DNA from: Candidatus Eiseniibacteriota bacterium
GTDB lineage: Bacteria > Eisenbacteria > RBG-16-71-46
Assembly: GCA_044223005.1 (NCBI GenBank)
Contig: JBGAML010000019.1
Span: forward strand, 1-64,000
Direction: 5' to 3'
Length of the DNA stretch: 64,000 nt
Shown here: one piece after another, positions 39,884 through 48,987 of the stretch
Position numbering within the stretch: the first letter of the stretch is position 1
How the letters are laid out: each line of letters starts with the position of its first letter
Made by a program: the position numbers and the translations under genes
Notes under the pieces: generated by a model
Told to the model about the DNA's origin: nothing
The model's input: the letters and a program-made list of their open reading frames with translations, nothing else
Database searches by the model: none

Positions 39884-42287
39884 GCACCTGGACCCGAAGG
39901 ACATGAAGTTCGTCGGCAACGACGCGAAGCGCTCCGAGGTGACCAGCAAGGTCACCGGGGACGCGATCTACGCGAGCGACATGGCGTTTCCGGGCATGCT
40001 GCACGCGCAGGTGAAGAAGAGCCCGCACGCGCGGGCGAAGATCCTGCGTATCGACACCGCGAAGGCCGAGGCGTTGCCCGGCGTGCGCGCGGTCCTGACC
40101 GGGCGCGAGCTCGACTACCGGCTCGGGCTCTACATCGTGGACAAGCACATCCTCGCCAAGAACGAGGTGCGTCACTACGGTGAGGCCGTGGCGGCGGTCG
40201 CGGCCGACACGCTCGAGATCGCGAAGCGGGCCGTGGACCTGATCGAAGTCGAGTACGAGGTCCTGCCCGCCGTGCTCAGCCACATGGACGCGCTGAAGGA
40301 TGGTGCGCCGCTCGTGCACCCGGATCTCGGCTCGTACGACTACGTGGCGGCCGCGTTCACGCCGGTGCCGAACACGAACATCGCCAACCTCACCAAGCTC
40401 CGCAAGGGCGACGTCGAGCAGGGCTTCGCCGAGGCGGAGTGGACGATCGAGCGCGAGTACACGAATCCCTCGGTGCAGCACGTGCCGATGGAGACGCACG
40501 TCACGATCGTGGAATGGAAGACCGGCGACCAGGTCACGATCTGGTCGAGCGCGCAGTCTCCGTTCACGGTGCGCAACCTGTTCTGCTACGCGTTCAAGCT
40601 CCCGCTCAACCAGGTACGCGTGATCGTACCGCACGTGGGCGGCGGGTTCGGCGGCAAGGCCGGCATCCACCTCGAGCCGCTGTGCGCGTGCCTGTCGCGC
40701 AAGTCGGGGGGCCGCCCCGTCAAGTTCCAGGCGACGCGCGAAGAGGAGTTCAGCCTGCTGCCGTGCCGCAGCGCGCTCACGTACCGCATCAAGACGGGCG
40801 TGCGTGCCGGCGGCCGGATCGTCGCGCAGAAGATGACGATGTACTGGGACGCGGGCGCCTACGCCGACTACGCGGTCAACGTCACGCGTGCGTCGGGCTA
40901 CTCCGCCGCCGGCCCGTACGAAATCCCGAACGCGTGGCTCGACGCGTACACGCTCTACACGAACAAGCCGTACGGCACCGCGTACCGCGGCTTCGGGCAC
41001 GTCGAGTTCTTCTGGGGCCTCGAGCGCCACATGGAGCTCGTGGCCTCGGTGATCGGGATGGATCCGCTCGAGTTCCGGCGCCTGAACGCGCTCAAGCCCG
41101 GCGGTCGCACGCTCACCGGAGAGGTCATTACCGAGCACACCGGAGACGTCGTGAAATGCCTCGACGAGGTCTCGCGCTCGATCGGCTACGGCTCGCTGTC
41201 CGCGGCGGAGAAGGCGCGCCAGGAAAAGACGGGCAAGCGCATCGGCAAGGGCGTCGCCACACTGCACAAGGCGCCGGCGATGCCGCCGTTCACGGCCACG
41301 GCCGTGATCGTGAAGATGAACTCCGACGGCAGCGTGAACGTGAATCTCGGGCTCACGGAGATCGGCCAGGGCTCGACGACCGTGATCCAGCAGATCGTCG
41401 CCGAACGGCTCGGGTTCCCGCTCGAGAAGGTCCTGGTCATGGTCGACAAGGACACGTCGCGCGATCCCTACGACTGGCAGACCGTCGCCTCCAAGGGAAT
41501 CATCCTCAGCGGCAATGCGGCGATCCTCGCCTGCGAGGACCTGCTGCGGACCGCGTACGAGGTGGCGGGACAGGTGCTGCGCGCGCAGGCCTGCGACCTC
41601 GGGCACGACGGCGAGAAGATCTTCGTCCGCCACCGGCCGGACCAGTCGGTCACGTTCGCGCAGCTGTCGGTGGGCTACGCGTTCCCAAACGGGAACGCCA
41701 TCGGCGGCCCACTGATCGGCGTCGGCCGCTACGTCGCCCAGGGCCTGTCGAACCTCGACAAGGAGACCGGCCAGGGTAATCCCGCGCTCGACTGGACCTA
41801 CGGCGCCCACGGCATCGTGGCCGAGGTCGATCCCGAGACCGGCGAGTACCGGATCCTCAAGATCGCGTCGGCATTCGACGTCGGCCGCGTCATCAATCCC
41901 GGCATCGTGCGCGGTCAGTGCATCGGCGGCATGATCCAGGGGCTCGGGACGGCGGTCTGCGAGGGCTACATCTACGACGAACAGGGCCACCTGCTGAACC
42001 CGTCGTTCACGGACAACAAGATCCCGACCGCCCGCGATCTCCCGGACGAGATCGAGAGCATCGCGGTGGAGACGCCGCAGCTCGACGGCCCGTACGGAGC
42101 GCGCGGTGTGGGCGAGCACCCGATGATCTCGGTGGCGCCCGCACTCGGGAACGCGATCCTGCACGCGGTGGGAGCGGAGCTGACGCACATGCCGATCCGC
42201 GCCGAGGACGTCTGGCGCGCGATGGGCCGCAAGGAGTCGATCGACAACTGGATCACGAAGACGCCGGTCAAGTCGTGTAAGGTCTGA
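39876..42287 (+). CDS. Xanthine dehydrogenase family molybdopterin-binding subunit
   Basis: KVTG, SSAQ, VGGGFGGK, AYRGFG, EIGQGS, GQCIGG..QGLG, GARGVGEHP (catalytic Glu). Confidence 0.95.
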   Translation: MLEHLDPKDMKFVGNDAKRSEVTSKVTGDAIYASDMAFPGMLHAQVKKSPHARAKILRIDTAKAEALPGVRAVLTGRELDYRLGLYIVDKHILAKNEVRHYGEAVAAVAADTLEIAKRAVDLIEVEYEVLPAVLSHMDALKDGAPLVHPDLGSYDYVAAAFTPVPNTNIANLTKLRKGDVEQGFAEAEWTIEREYTNPSVQHVPMETHVTIVEWKTGDQVTIWSSAQSPFTVRNLFCYAFKLPLNQVRVIVPHVGGGFGGKAGIHLEPLCACLSRKSGGRPVKFQATREEEFSLLPCRSALTYRIKTGVRAGGRIVAQKMTMYWDAGAYADYAVNVTRASGYSAAGPYEIPNAWLDAYTLYTNKPYGTAYRGFGHVEFFWGLERHMELVASVIGMDPLEFRRLNALKPGGRTLTGEVITEHTGDVVKCLDEVSRSIGYGSLSAAEKARQEKTGKRIGKGVATLHKAPAMPPFTATAVIVKMNSDGSVNVNLGLTEIGQGSTTVIQQIVAERLGFPLEKVLVMVDKDTSRDPYDWQTVASKGIILSGNAAILACEDLLRTAYEVAGQVLRAQACDLGHDGEKIFVRHRPDQSVTFAQLSVGYAFPNGNAIGGPLIGVGRYVAQGLSNLDKETGQGNPALDWTYGAHGIVAEVDPETGEYRILKIASAFDVGRVINPGIVRGQCIGGMIQGLGTAVCEGYIYDEQGHLLNPSFTDNKIPTARDLPDEIESIAVETPQLDGPYGARGVGEHPMISVAPALGNAILHAVGAELTHMPIRAEDVWRAMGRKESIDNWITKTPVKSCKV

Positions 42288-42307
42288 CGCGCCGGCGCCG
42301 GAACGCG

Positions 42308-42340
42308 CGGGCCGCCACCGGGACTCCCGGTGGCGGCCCG
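42308..42340 (+). terminator. Hairpin closing the fdrA-xdh operon
   Basis: CGGGCCGCCACCGGGA-c-TCCCGGTGGCGGCCCG, 20 bp after the stop. Confidence 0.7.
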
Positions 42341-42382
42341 TCGCCGTTCGCGCGGCGCCGCGACACGTCCCGGAGATCCCCG

Positions 42383-43204
42383 ATGCGCCGTCCGATCCTC
42401 GCGCTCCTGCTGCTCGCGACGCTGCTGCCCGCGCCGGCCTTCGCCGCGTCGCGCGATTCGCTCGTCGTCGTCACGCTCAACCTGTGGCACGACCAGCACG
42501 ACTGGCCCGCCCGCCGCGGCCGCATCCTCGAGGCGATCCGTGCGATCCGGCCGGACGTGCTCTGCCTCCAGGAGGTGCTGCAACACGCGACGCTGCCCAA
42601 CCAGGCGATCGCGCTGGCGGAGAGCCTCGGCTGGCACGCGAACTTCGTCTCCGTCGACAGCGTCACGCGCGTCAAGCGCTACGGCAACGCGATCCTGACG
42701 CCGCACCGTGTGCGCCGCGAGGACGGCGTGTTCCTGAAGCCGCTCGACGACTGGCGCGTGGCGGCGCACGTGCGGATCCGCGTGCGCGGCCACGACGTGG
42801 ACGTGTACGACACGCACCTCTGCTATACGGACGACGGCGGCCCGATCCGGGCGAAGCAGGTCGAGGACCTGCTCGCGTTCGTCGCGCGCACGCGCGGGAA
42901 GGGGCCGGTCGTGCTCGCCGGCGACTTCAACACGACGCTGGGCACGAGCGAGCTGGCGTCGATCGAAGCGAACTGGATGGACGCCTTCGCGACGGCGCAC
43001 CCCGGAGTCACGGGGGCGGACGCCGTGACGATGAACCCGCGGTTCGACGATCACCCGCGCGCGATCGATCACATCTTCGCGACGCGGGACGGTTCCGCGG
43101 CGGTCCGCTCGTGCGAGATCCTGTTCCGCGAGGCGCGCCCCGACAGCGTCTGGGCCTCCGACCACTTCGGCGTGCGCGCGACACTGGAGCTGCGCGGGCG
43201 CTGA
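42383..43204 (+). CDS. Secreted endonuclease/exonuclease/phosphatase family protein
   Basis: TLNLW, DVLCLQEV, THL, LAGDFN, IDHIF, SDH. Confidence 0.9.
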   Translation: MRRPILALLLLATLLPAPAFAASRDSLVVVTLNLWHDQHDWPARRGRILEAIRAIRPDVLCLQEVLQHATLPNQAIALAESLGWHANFVSVDSVTRVKRYGNAILTPHRVRREDGVFLKPLDDWRVAAHVRIRVRGHDVDVYDTHLCYTDDGGPIRAKQVEDLLAFVARTRGKGPVVLAGDFNTTLGTSELASIEANWMDAFATAHPGVTGADAVTMNPRFDDHPRAIDHIFATRDGSAAVRSCEILFREARPDSVWASDHFGVRATLELRGR

Positions 43205-43220
43205 ACCCCGCGTCGGGCCC

Positions 43221-44246
43221 TCACTCGCGGCGCGCGTGCACTTCGATGAAGCCGCCGTGCCCGGTGCAGGCCGCGGCGGTCGTCGCGACCAGGCTCGCCG
43301 GGGCGAGCAACGGCGCCAGCAGCGCCAGCGCGCCGAGGTTCCACGTCCATTCCGCGGCGCTCGTGTCCGCGGGCACCTGCTGCTTGGCCAGGTTGGAGAG
43401 GAAGTGGCGGCGCGTGAAGGCCCAGTCCAGCGTGCTGTGGAAGAGCGCGTACGGGTCGTACTGGAACGAGCGGTGCCGGATCTCGATCACGTGCATTCCC
43501 GCGCGCTCGAGCGTCCGGCGGAGCGTCGCGGGGGTGTAGTGCGCGAGGTGGCGCGGCACGTCGAGCCCCCACCAGCGTTCGCCGGTCAGCCGCGCGGAGA
43601 GCCCCTCGAGGTTCGGGACCGATGCGACCAGCACGCCGCCCGGCCGCAGCATGTGCCGGCAACGGAGCAGCAACGGCATCGGCTCGCCCACGTGTTCGAG
43701 TACCTGCCACATCGTGATCGCATCGAGCGATCCGCGGCCGAAATCGAAGGCCTCGAGCGAGCCGCAGGCGAAGCGCCCGTGCGCGTGGCGGCGCACGATC
43801 GCGAACGCGGCCGGTGAGGGGTCGATTCCGGTCGCCTCCCAGCCGTGCCGTGCCATGTGTTCGACGAAGCGTCCATCTCCCGACCCGATGTCGAGCAGGC
43901 GCCCGCGCGGCACGAGTCGCTCGATGCGGCGACGGCGGCTCGACTGGATGGCCGCGAGGACCGCGCGCGCGAGTGCGCCTCCGGGCCCGGCCGCCGGGTA
44001 GTAGAACGCGCCGTCGTAGAGCGCATCGATCGCATCGGGATCCGGCCGCGGCGTGAGGTAGGTGAGGTCGCAGGCGGCGCAGCGGAGGAGCTCGAACGGC
44101 TCCGCGAGCCGCGGATCGGCGGCTCGCACGCGCCCTACGCACTGCGCGCGTGACGAGCGGCACGCAGGACACTGCGGCGCGGGACGAGGGATGGGCGCCG
44201 GCGCGGTCTCGGCGGTCTCGAAGGCGATGCTGGACATGGGGCTCAT
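43221..44246 (-). CDS. Class I SAM-dependent methyltransferase with N-terminal Zn ribbon
   Basis: CPAC, CAAC, LLDIGSGDG, VLEHV, LRPGG, VPN, PRHL. Confidence 0.88.
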   Translation of the reverse strand: MSPMSSIAFETAETAPAPIPRPAPQCPACRSSRAQCVGRVRAADPRLAEPFELLRCAACDLTYLTPRPDPDAIDALYDGAFYYPAAGPGGALARAVLAAIQSSRRRRIERLVPRGRLLDIGSGDGRFVEHMARHGWEATGIDPSPAAFAIVRRHAHGRFACGSLEAFDFGRGSLDAITMWQVLEHVGEPMPLLLRCRHMLRPGGVLVASVPNLEGLSARLTGERWWGLDVPRHLAHYTPATLRRTLERAGMHVIEIRHRSFQYDPYALFHSTLDWAFTRRHFLSNLAKQQVPADTSAAEWTWNLGALALLAPLLAPASLVATTAAACTGHGGFIEVHARRE

Positions 44247-44616
44247 GGCGGACTCCTCGAGCGGTCGCACGGGGGAGCGGTGGGCCGCGATGGGTCGTCA
44301 TCGCAAGCCGCAGGCCGCGTGTTCGGCTGTGAAGCGCTTCGCGCAGCGGCATCACTCAGGCGGTTGCGGGGCAGGGACTTGAACAAGACACCTGACGCGA
44401 CGCGCGAAGCGCCACGCCGGTCCGCCCGCCCGTATTGCCCGGCTTGGGCTGTCCCTCCGTGGAGCCGTCTCGCGGAACATGGAGCGCACGGGCGCCGCCG
44501 TTTCCCCGCGGGTTCGTGCCGCGTGGACGTGCGCCGCGCAGGGCGCGGACGATGGGCCGCCACCGCCGATGCACGTACTCCGCGCCTGAACGATCGACCT
44601 TCCCGAGGAACCCACC

Positions 44617-45897
44617 ATGACCGATCGCCCGCTGCTCTATCCCGAGGATCGCATTCCGCTCGGCCGCCTGGTGCCCATGGGACTGCAGCACGTGGTCGCC
44701 ATGTTCGGCGCCACGGTGCTGGCCCCGGTGATCATGGGTTTCGATCCGCAGACCGCCATCTTCTTCTCGGGGGTGGGCACACTCATCTTCCTCGCCTCGA
44801 CGCGCATGCGAGTGCCCAGCTACCTCGGCTCGTCGTTCTCGTTCATCGGCCCCGTGCTCGCGGTGACGGCGGGGGACTCCGCGCGGATCCCGGACGCGCT
44901 CTGCGGCATCGCCGCGGCGGCGGTGCTCTACGCAATCGCAGCGTGGATCACGATCCGTCGCGGGCCCGGCTGGATCGACGCCCTCATGCCGCCGATCGTG
45001 ACGGGAACGGTCGTCGCGATCATCGGCCTGAACCTCGCGGGCTCGGCGGTGGCCAACGCGATCAACGCGGACTTCGCGATCCGCGACCGGCACGACCTGC
45101 TCGTGGTCCTGGTGGCGGTCGTGACGTTCCTCACCGCCGCGCTCGTCTCCATTCACGCGCGTGGCTTCCTGCGGCTGCTGCCGGTGCTCGTCGGCGTCGT
45201 CGTGGGCTACGCGTTCGCCGCCGCGGTGGGGCTCGTCGACGCGCAGGCGTTGGACGCGATGCGCCACGCACCATGGATCGGCCTGCCGGCGTTCCGTACG
45301 CCGCGCTGGAGCCCGCACGCGATCCTCGCGATCGCGCCGGTGTTCGTGGTGCTCGTCGCGGAGAACAAGGGCCACATCGCCGCGATCTCGGCGTACCTGC
45401 ATCGCGACCTCGATCGCTGGCTCGGGCGCGCGTACCTCGGCGATTCCATCGCCACGTTCGTGTCGGCCATGGGCGGCGGCACGCCCCAGACGACCTACGC
45501 CGAGAACATGGGCGTCATGGCGATCACGCGCGTCTTTTCGTCGTGGAACTTCCTCGCGGCCGCGGCGATGGCCGTGCTGCTGGGGCTCTGCCCGCGCTTC
45601 GGGCTGCTGATCCGTACGATTCCCGCACCGGTGCTGGGCGGGGTGACGCTGATTCTCTACGGCCTCATCGCGCTCATGGGCGTGAAGATCTGGCTCGACG
45701 CGAAGGTCGACTTCGCCGACCACCGCAACATGGTGATCGCGGGCACGTCGCTGATCGTGTCCACGGGGCTGGGAGTCAAGGGCGTCACGGTCGGGGGGAC
45801 GAACATCGCGGGCATCGCTCTCGGGACCGTGCTGGCGCTGGTGATCCACCTGCTTCTCCGGCCCGGGGCGAAGGGGAGCGTGCCGACCGCTGGATGA
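44617..45897 (+). CDS. NCS2 nucleobase permease (UraA/RutG-like)
   Basis: GLQHVVAMFGAT, PSYLGSSF, ENKGH, TTYAENMGV, PVLGG. Confidence 0.93.
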   Translation: MTDRPLLYPEDRIPLGRLVPMGLQHVVAMFGATVLAPVIMGFDPQTAIFFSGVGTLIFLASTRMRVPSYLGSSFSFIGPVLAVTAGDSARIPDALCGIAAAAVLYAIAAWITIRRGPGWIDALMPPIVTGTVVAIIGLNLAGSAVANAINADFAIRDRHDLLVVLVAVVTFLTAALVSIHARGFLRLLPVLVGVVVGYAFAAAVGLVDAQALDAMRHAPWIGLPAFRTPRWSPHAILAIAPVFVVLVAENKGHIAAISAYLHRDLDRWLGRAYLGDSIATFVSAMGGGTPQTTYAENMGVMAITRVFSSWNFLAAAAMAVLLGLCPRFGLLIRTIPAPVLGGVTLILYGLIALMGVKIWLDAKVDFADHRNMVIAGTSLIVSTGLGVKGVTVGGTNIAGIALGTVLALVIHLLLRPGAKGSVPTAG

Positions 45898-46007
45898 CGC
45901 GTTCCTCGGGCGTCGCGAGCCGGACCGCGATTTCCCGTTGACGCTGGACGCGCGCCGCGTTTTCCTCCGTCTCGTACCGGGCGGGACCGGACGGGGGAGT
46001 TCACCGC

Positions 46008-47894
46008 ATGCGGCCGTGGCTGCGGATCGTCTCGCTCATTCCCATCCTCCTTGCGTTCGTGGCGACCCCCGTGGCCGCAGGCGACGCGCGCCTCGAGCGT
46101 GCGGACCAACTCTTCTCCACCGCGCGGCGGCGATTCGCCGAGGGAACGCACGAGCAGCGCCAGTTCGCGTTCGGCGAGCTCGAGGAGGCCGCGCGGCTCG
46201 CTCCGGAGCGCCCCGAGATCGCGCTCACGCTCGCGCGGCTCGATCTCGAGGCGGGTTTCGTCGCTCGGGCGCGGCACGTCGCGCTGCACGTCGTCCGGCG
46301 GGACAGCACCTGCTCCGACGCGTGGCGCCTGCTCGGCGAGGCGGAGGCCCGCGGGTGGCTCTTGGATCCGGACCCCGACACTCGCGACCGCGCGATCGGC
46401 GACTACATGCGAGCGGCTTCGCTGGCACAACAGGACTCGCGCACGTACGCGAGGATGGTGCCGCTCCTGCTCGATGCGGGCGAACCGGTCCTCGCGCGCC
46501 AGGCGGCCGAGCTGGGATCGCAATTCGCGCGCGGTGATCCCGTGGCCGACGTGATGCGGGCCGAGGTGGAACAGGAGCAGGGCGAGCTCGTCGCCGCGGA
46601 CCGTGACTTCCGCGAAGCCATTCCCCGATTGCCGAGGGAATGGCGGGAGCACTACGACGATCTGCGCACACTGCTGCCGCCGCGTGCCGTCGAGGCATGG
46701 ACGGCGATGCGTGAATCGCGCGCGGCCTGGGCCGAGCGGTTCTGGGCGTCGGCGGACCCGGATCCGGTCACTTCGATCAACGAGGCCCGGGTCGAGTTCT
46801 GGGCGCGCGTGACGCAGGCCCTCGCATTGTACGGGCCGGGCCGTGCGGGCGTTTGGGACATGCGTGCGCAGTACCTCGTGCGGTTCGGCCGGCCGGATCA
46901 CGCCGAGCTGAATCCGGTCTCGCCGGTGACGCGCGATTGGAAGCAGGACTTCGTCCACTGGTCGTACCGCGACTTCGGGATACGACTGCCGATGGCCATC
47001 TCCGCGGCGTTGCCGAACTTCGATCGGCCACTCGGGCAACCGAGTGTGTGGGCCACGGCGTCGCGCGATTCGCTGCGCGAGCATCCCGAGTACGCGGGAC
47101 TCGCGTCGGGATGGGCCGTGTTCCACCGTCTGCCGCCGGGCACCGATCGACTCGAAACGAAGCTCGCGCTCGCGCGGTTTCCCGCGGATGGCGACGCGCG
47201 CGTGCTCGCTCAGGTCGAGGTGCCCGGCCGCTGGGAATCGCGATGGACCGCCCAGTGGGCCGTGCGCGACTCGGACGGCACCGTCGTCGACCGGCAATCG
47301 CAGCGGCTCGCGGCATCGGCCTGCCGGCCGGGCGAGGCGCGCGCGGCCGGCTTCACGACGCGGTTGCACCCCGGGCGCTACCAGGTCGGCGTCCACGTCT
47401 CGGACGGCATGAACCGCATCGGCCTCGCGACGCGCGATCTGGTGATCCCGCTGGACACGAGCGGTGTGGTGCTCTCCGACGTCGTGATCACCTGCAGCCC
47501 GCCCGAGCAGAGCGTGGGGGAGGGTCCGAGCATCCGGCTGGAACCGGAGACGGGGCTCTTCGAGGAACGCGGCGACCGGCTCGACGCGTACTTCGAGATC
47601 TCGTCGCTCTCACGCGACGATGGCGGAGTCGCGCGATTCGCGTACGCGTGCGCACTGCGTCCGCGGATCGAGGACGCCCGCGGGTGGGTCAGCCGCTGGC
47701 TCGCACCGCGCACGAACGCGACCGTGGTGCAGGTGCACCGCGAGGAGGAGTTCGCGGGCCCGGTGCGACGGCAGTTCCTCGTCATCCCGATCGCCGAGGT
47801 CCCGGCGGGCCACTGGCAACTCGAGGTGCGGGTGAAGGACCGGGTGACCGGGGAAGAAGCGATCTCGACCGTGCCATTCGATCGCGGGAGGTGA
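46008..47894 (+). CDS. Secreted TPR + GWxTD-domain protein
   Basis: Signal peptide, TPR-like helices, FW...DPDP.T..NE...E...RV, RFGRPD (the GWxTD motif itself is degenerate). Confidence 0.75.
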   Translation: MRPWLRIVSLIPILLAFVATPVAAGDARLERADQLFSTARRRFAEGTHEQRQFAFGELEEAARLAPERPEIALTLARLDLEAGFVARARHVALHVVRRDSTCSDAWRLLGEAEARGWLLDPDPDTRDRAIGDYMRAASLAQQDSRTYARMVPLLLDAGEPVLARQAAELGSQFARGDPVADVMRAEVEQEQGELVAADRDFREAIPRLPREWREHYDDLRTLLPPRAVEAWTAMRESRAAWAERFWASADPDPVTSINEARVEFWARVTQALALYGPGRAGVWDMRAQYLVRFGRPDHAELNPVSPVTRDWKQDFVHWSYRDFGIRLPMAISAALPNFDRPLGQPSVWATASRDSLREHPEYAGLASGWAVFHRLPPGTDRLETKLALARFPADGDARVLAQVEVPGRWESRWTAQWAVRDSDGTVVDRQSQRLAASACRPGEARAAGFTTRLHPGRYQVGVHVSDGMNRIGLATRDLVIPLDTSGVVLSDVVITCSPPEQSVGEGPSIRLEPETGLFEERGDRLDAYFEISSLSRDDGGVARFAYACALRPRIEDARGWVSRWLAPRTNATVVQVHREEEFAGPVRRQFLVIPIAEVPAGHWQLEVRVKDRVTGEEAISTVPFDRGR

Positions 47895-48069
47895 CCGCCG
47901 CGGAGTTTCCGCAGCGGTCGCTCGCGCCACGGCCGCGGGCGCGCTACGTTTGCGGCGCCGCACGCCACGCCGCGAGCCCGGCCGACGGAGCCATCCCCGT
48001 CCGGTCCCGCGCGCTCCCGGGAGTTGCCATGGATCGTGACGTTCCGCCGCGCGCCCACGGGCGGGCCTC

Positions 48070-48924
48070 GTGAAGCCCGGCGCCGCCACGACCGCGCCGC
48101 TCACCGCGCTCGCGCTCGCCTGCTTCGCCGCGAACTCGGTGCTCTGCCGGCTCGCGCTCGGGACCCACGCGATCGACGCCGCGGGGTTCACCGCGGTGCG
48201 GCTCGCGTCCGGTGCGCTGCTGCTCGTCGCGTTGCGCGCCGCGTCGCGCCGTGACGCCGCGCCACGCCCCGACCGGCTCTCGCCCGCGCTGCTGTTCGCG
48301 TATGCCGCGGCGTTCTCGTTCGCGTACCTCGACCTGCCCGCGGGCACCGGCGCGCTGCTGCTCTTCGGCAGCGTGCAGGCCACGATGCTGCTCGCGGCGC
48401 TGCGCGGCGGCGAGCGGTTCCGCGCGGCCGAGGGCGTCGGACTCGCGCTGGCGCTCGCGGGGCTCGCCTGGCTCGTCGCTCCCGGGCTCGCGGCGCCGTC
48501 GCCGCGCGGCTCGGCGTTGATGGTGACGGCGGGCGTCGCGTGGGGGCTCTACTCGATCCGCGGCCGCGGTACCGCGGACCCGCTCACGGCGACGGCACGC
48601 AACTTCGCGTGGGCGACGCCGCTCGCGCTCGCGGTCGCGCTGCTCGCGTGGGGGCGGGGGCACGCCTCGCCGCGTGGCCTCGCGCTCGCGATCGCGTCGG
48701 GCGCGCTCACTTCGGGGCTCGGCTACGTGACCTGGTTCGCGGCGCTGCGCGGGCTCACGGCCATCCGTGCGGCCGTCGTCCAGCTGGCGGTGCCGGCACT
48801 CGCGGCGATGGGGGGTGTCCTCGTATTGTCGGAACGCCTCACGCTCCGGCTGGTCGTCGCGGCGGTGGCGATCCTCGGCGGCGTCGCCATCGCCATCGCG
48901 AGCCACCGCCCGCGGCGGAGCTGA
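48070..48924 (+). CDS. DMT/EamA family transporter
   Basis: FAANS.LCR, FSFAY, SGA.TSGLGY..W, QL.VP; 10 TM helices. Confidence 0.9.
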   Translation: MKPGAATTAPLTALALACFAANSVLCRLALGTHAIDAAGFTAVRLASGALLLVALRAASRRDAAPRPDRLSPALLFAYAAAFSFAYLDLPAGTGALLLFGSVQATMLLAALRGGERFRAAEGVGLALALAGLAWLVAPGLAAPSPRGSALMVTAGVAWGLYSIRGRGTADPLTATARNFAWATPLALAVALLAWGRGHASPRGLALAIASGALTSGLGYVTWFAALRGLTAIRAAVVQLAVPALAAMGGVLVLSERLTLRLVVAAVAILGGVAIAIASHRPRRS

Positions 48925-48987
48925 GCCAGGGGCCCGATTCGGTATTGACCGGGCGCTCTCGCCTGGGGGAGGCTCGGCAACCTGGAC

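Noticed and set aside
38583..42287. Aerobic CO dehydrogenase (coxMSL gene order) or 4-hydroxybenzoyl-CoA reductase
   Set aside because: The active-site loop is AYRGFG, not AYxCSFR or AYRGAGR. The 271-aa FAD subunit lacks the Cys-rich [4Fe-4S] insert of HcrB.
44330..44440. Complete tRNA gene
   Set aside because: Only a 3' fragment matches; the T-stem 5' arm, anticodon arm and D-arm cannot be formed.
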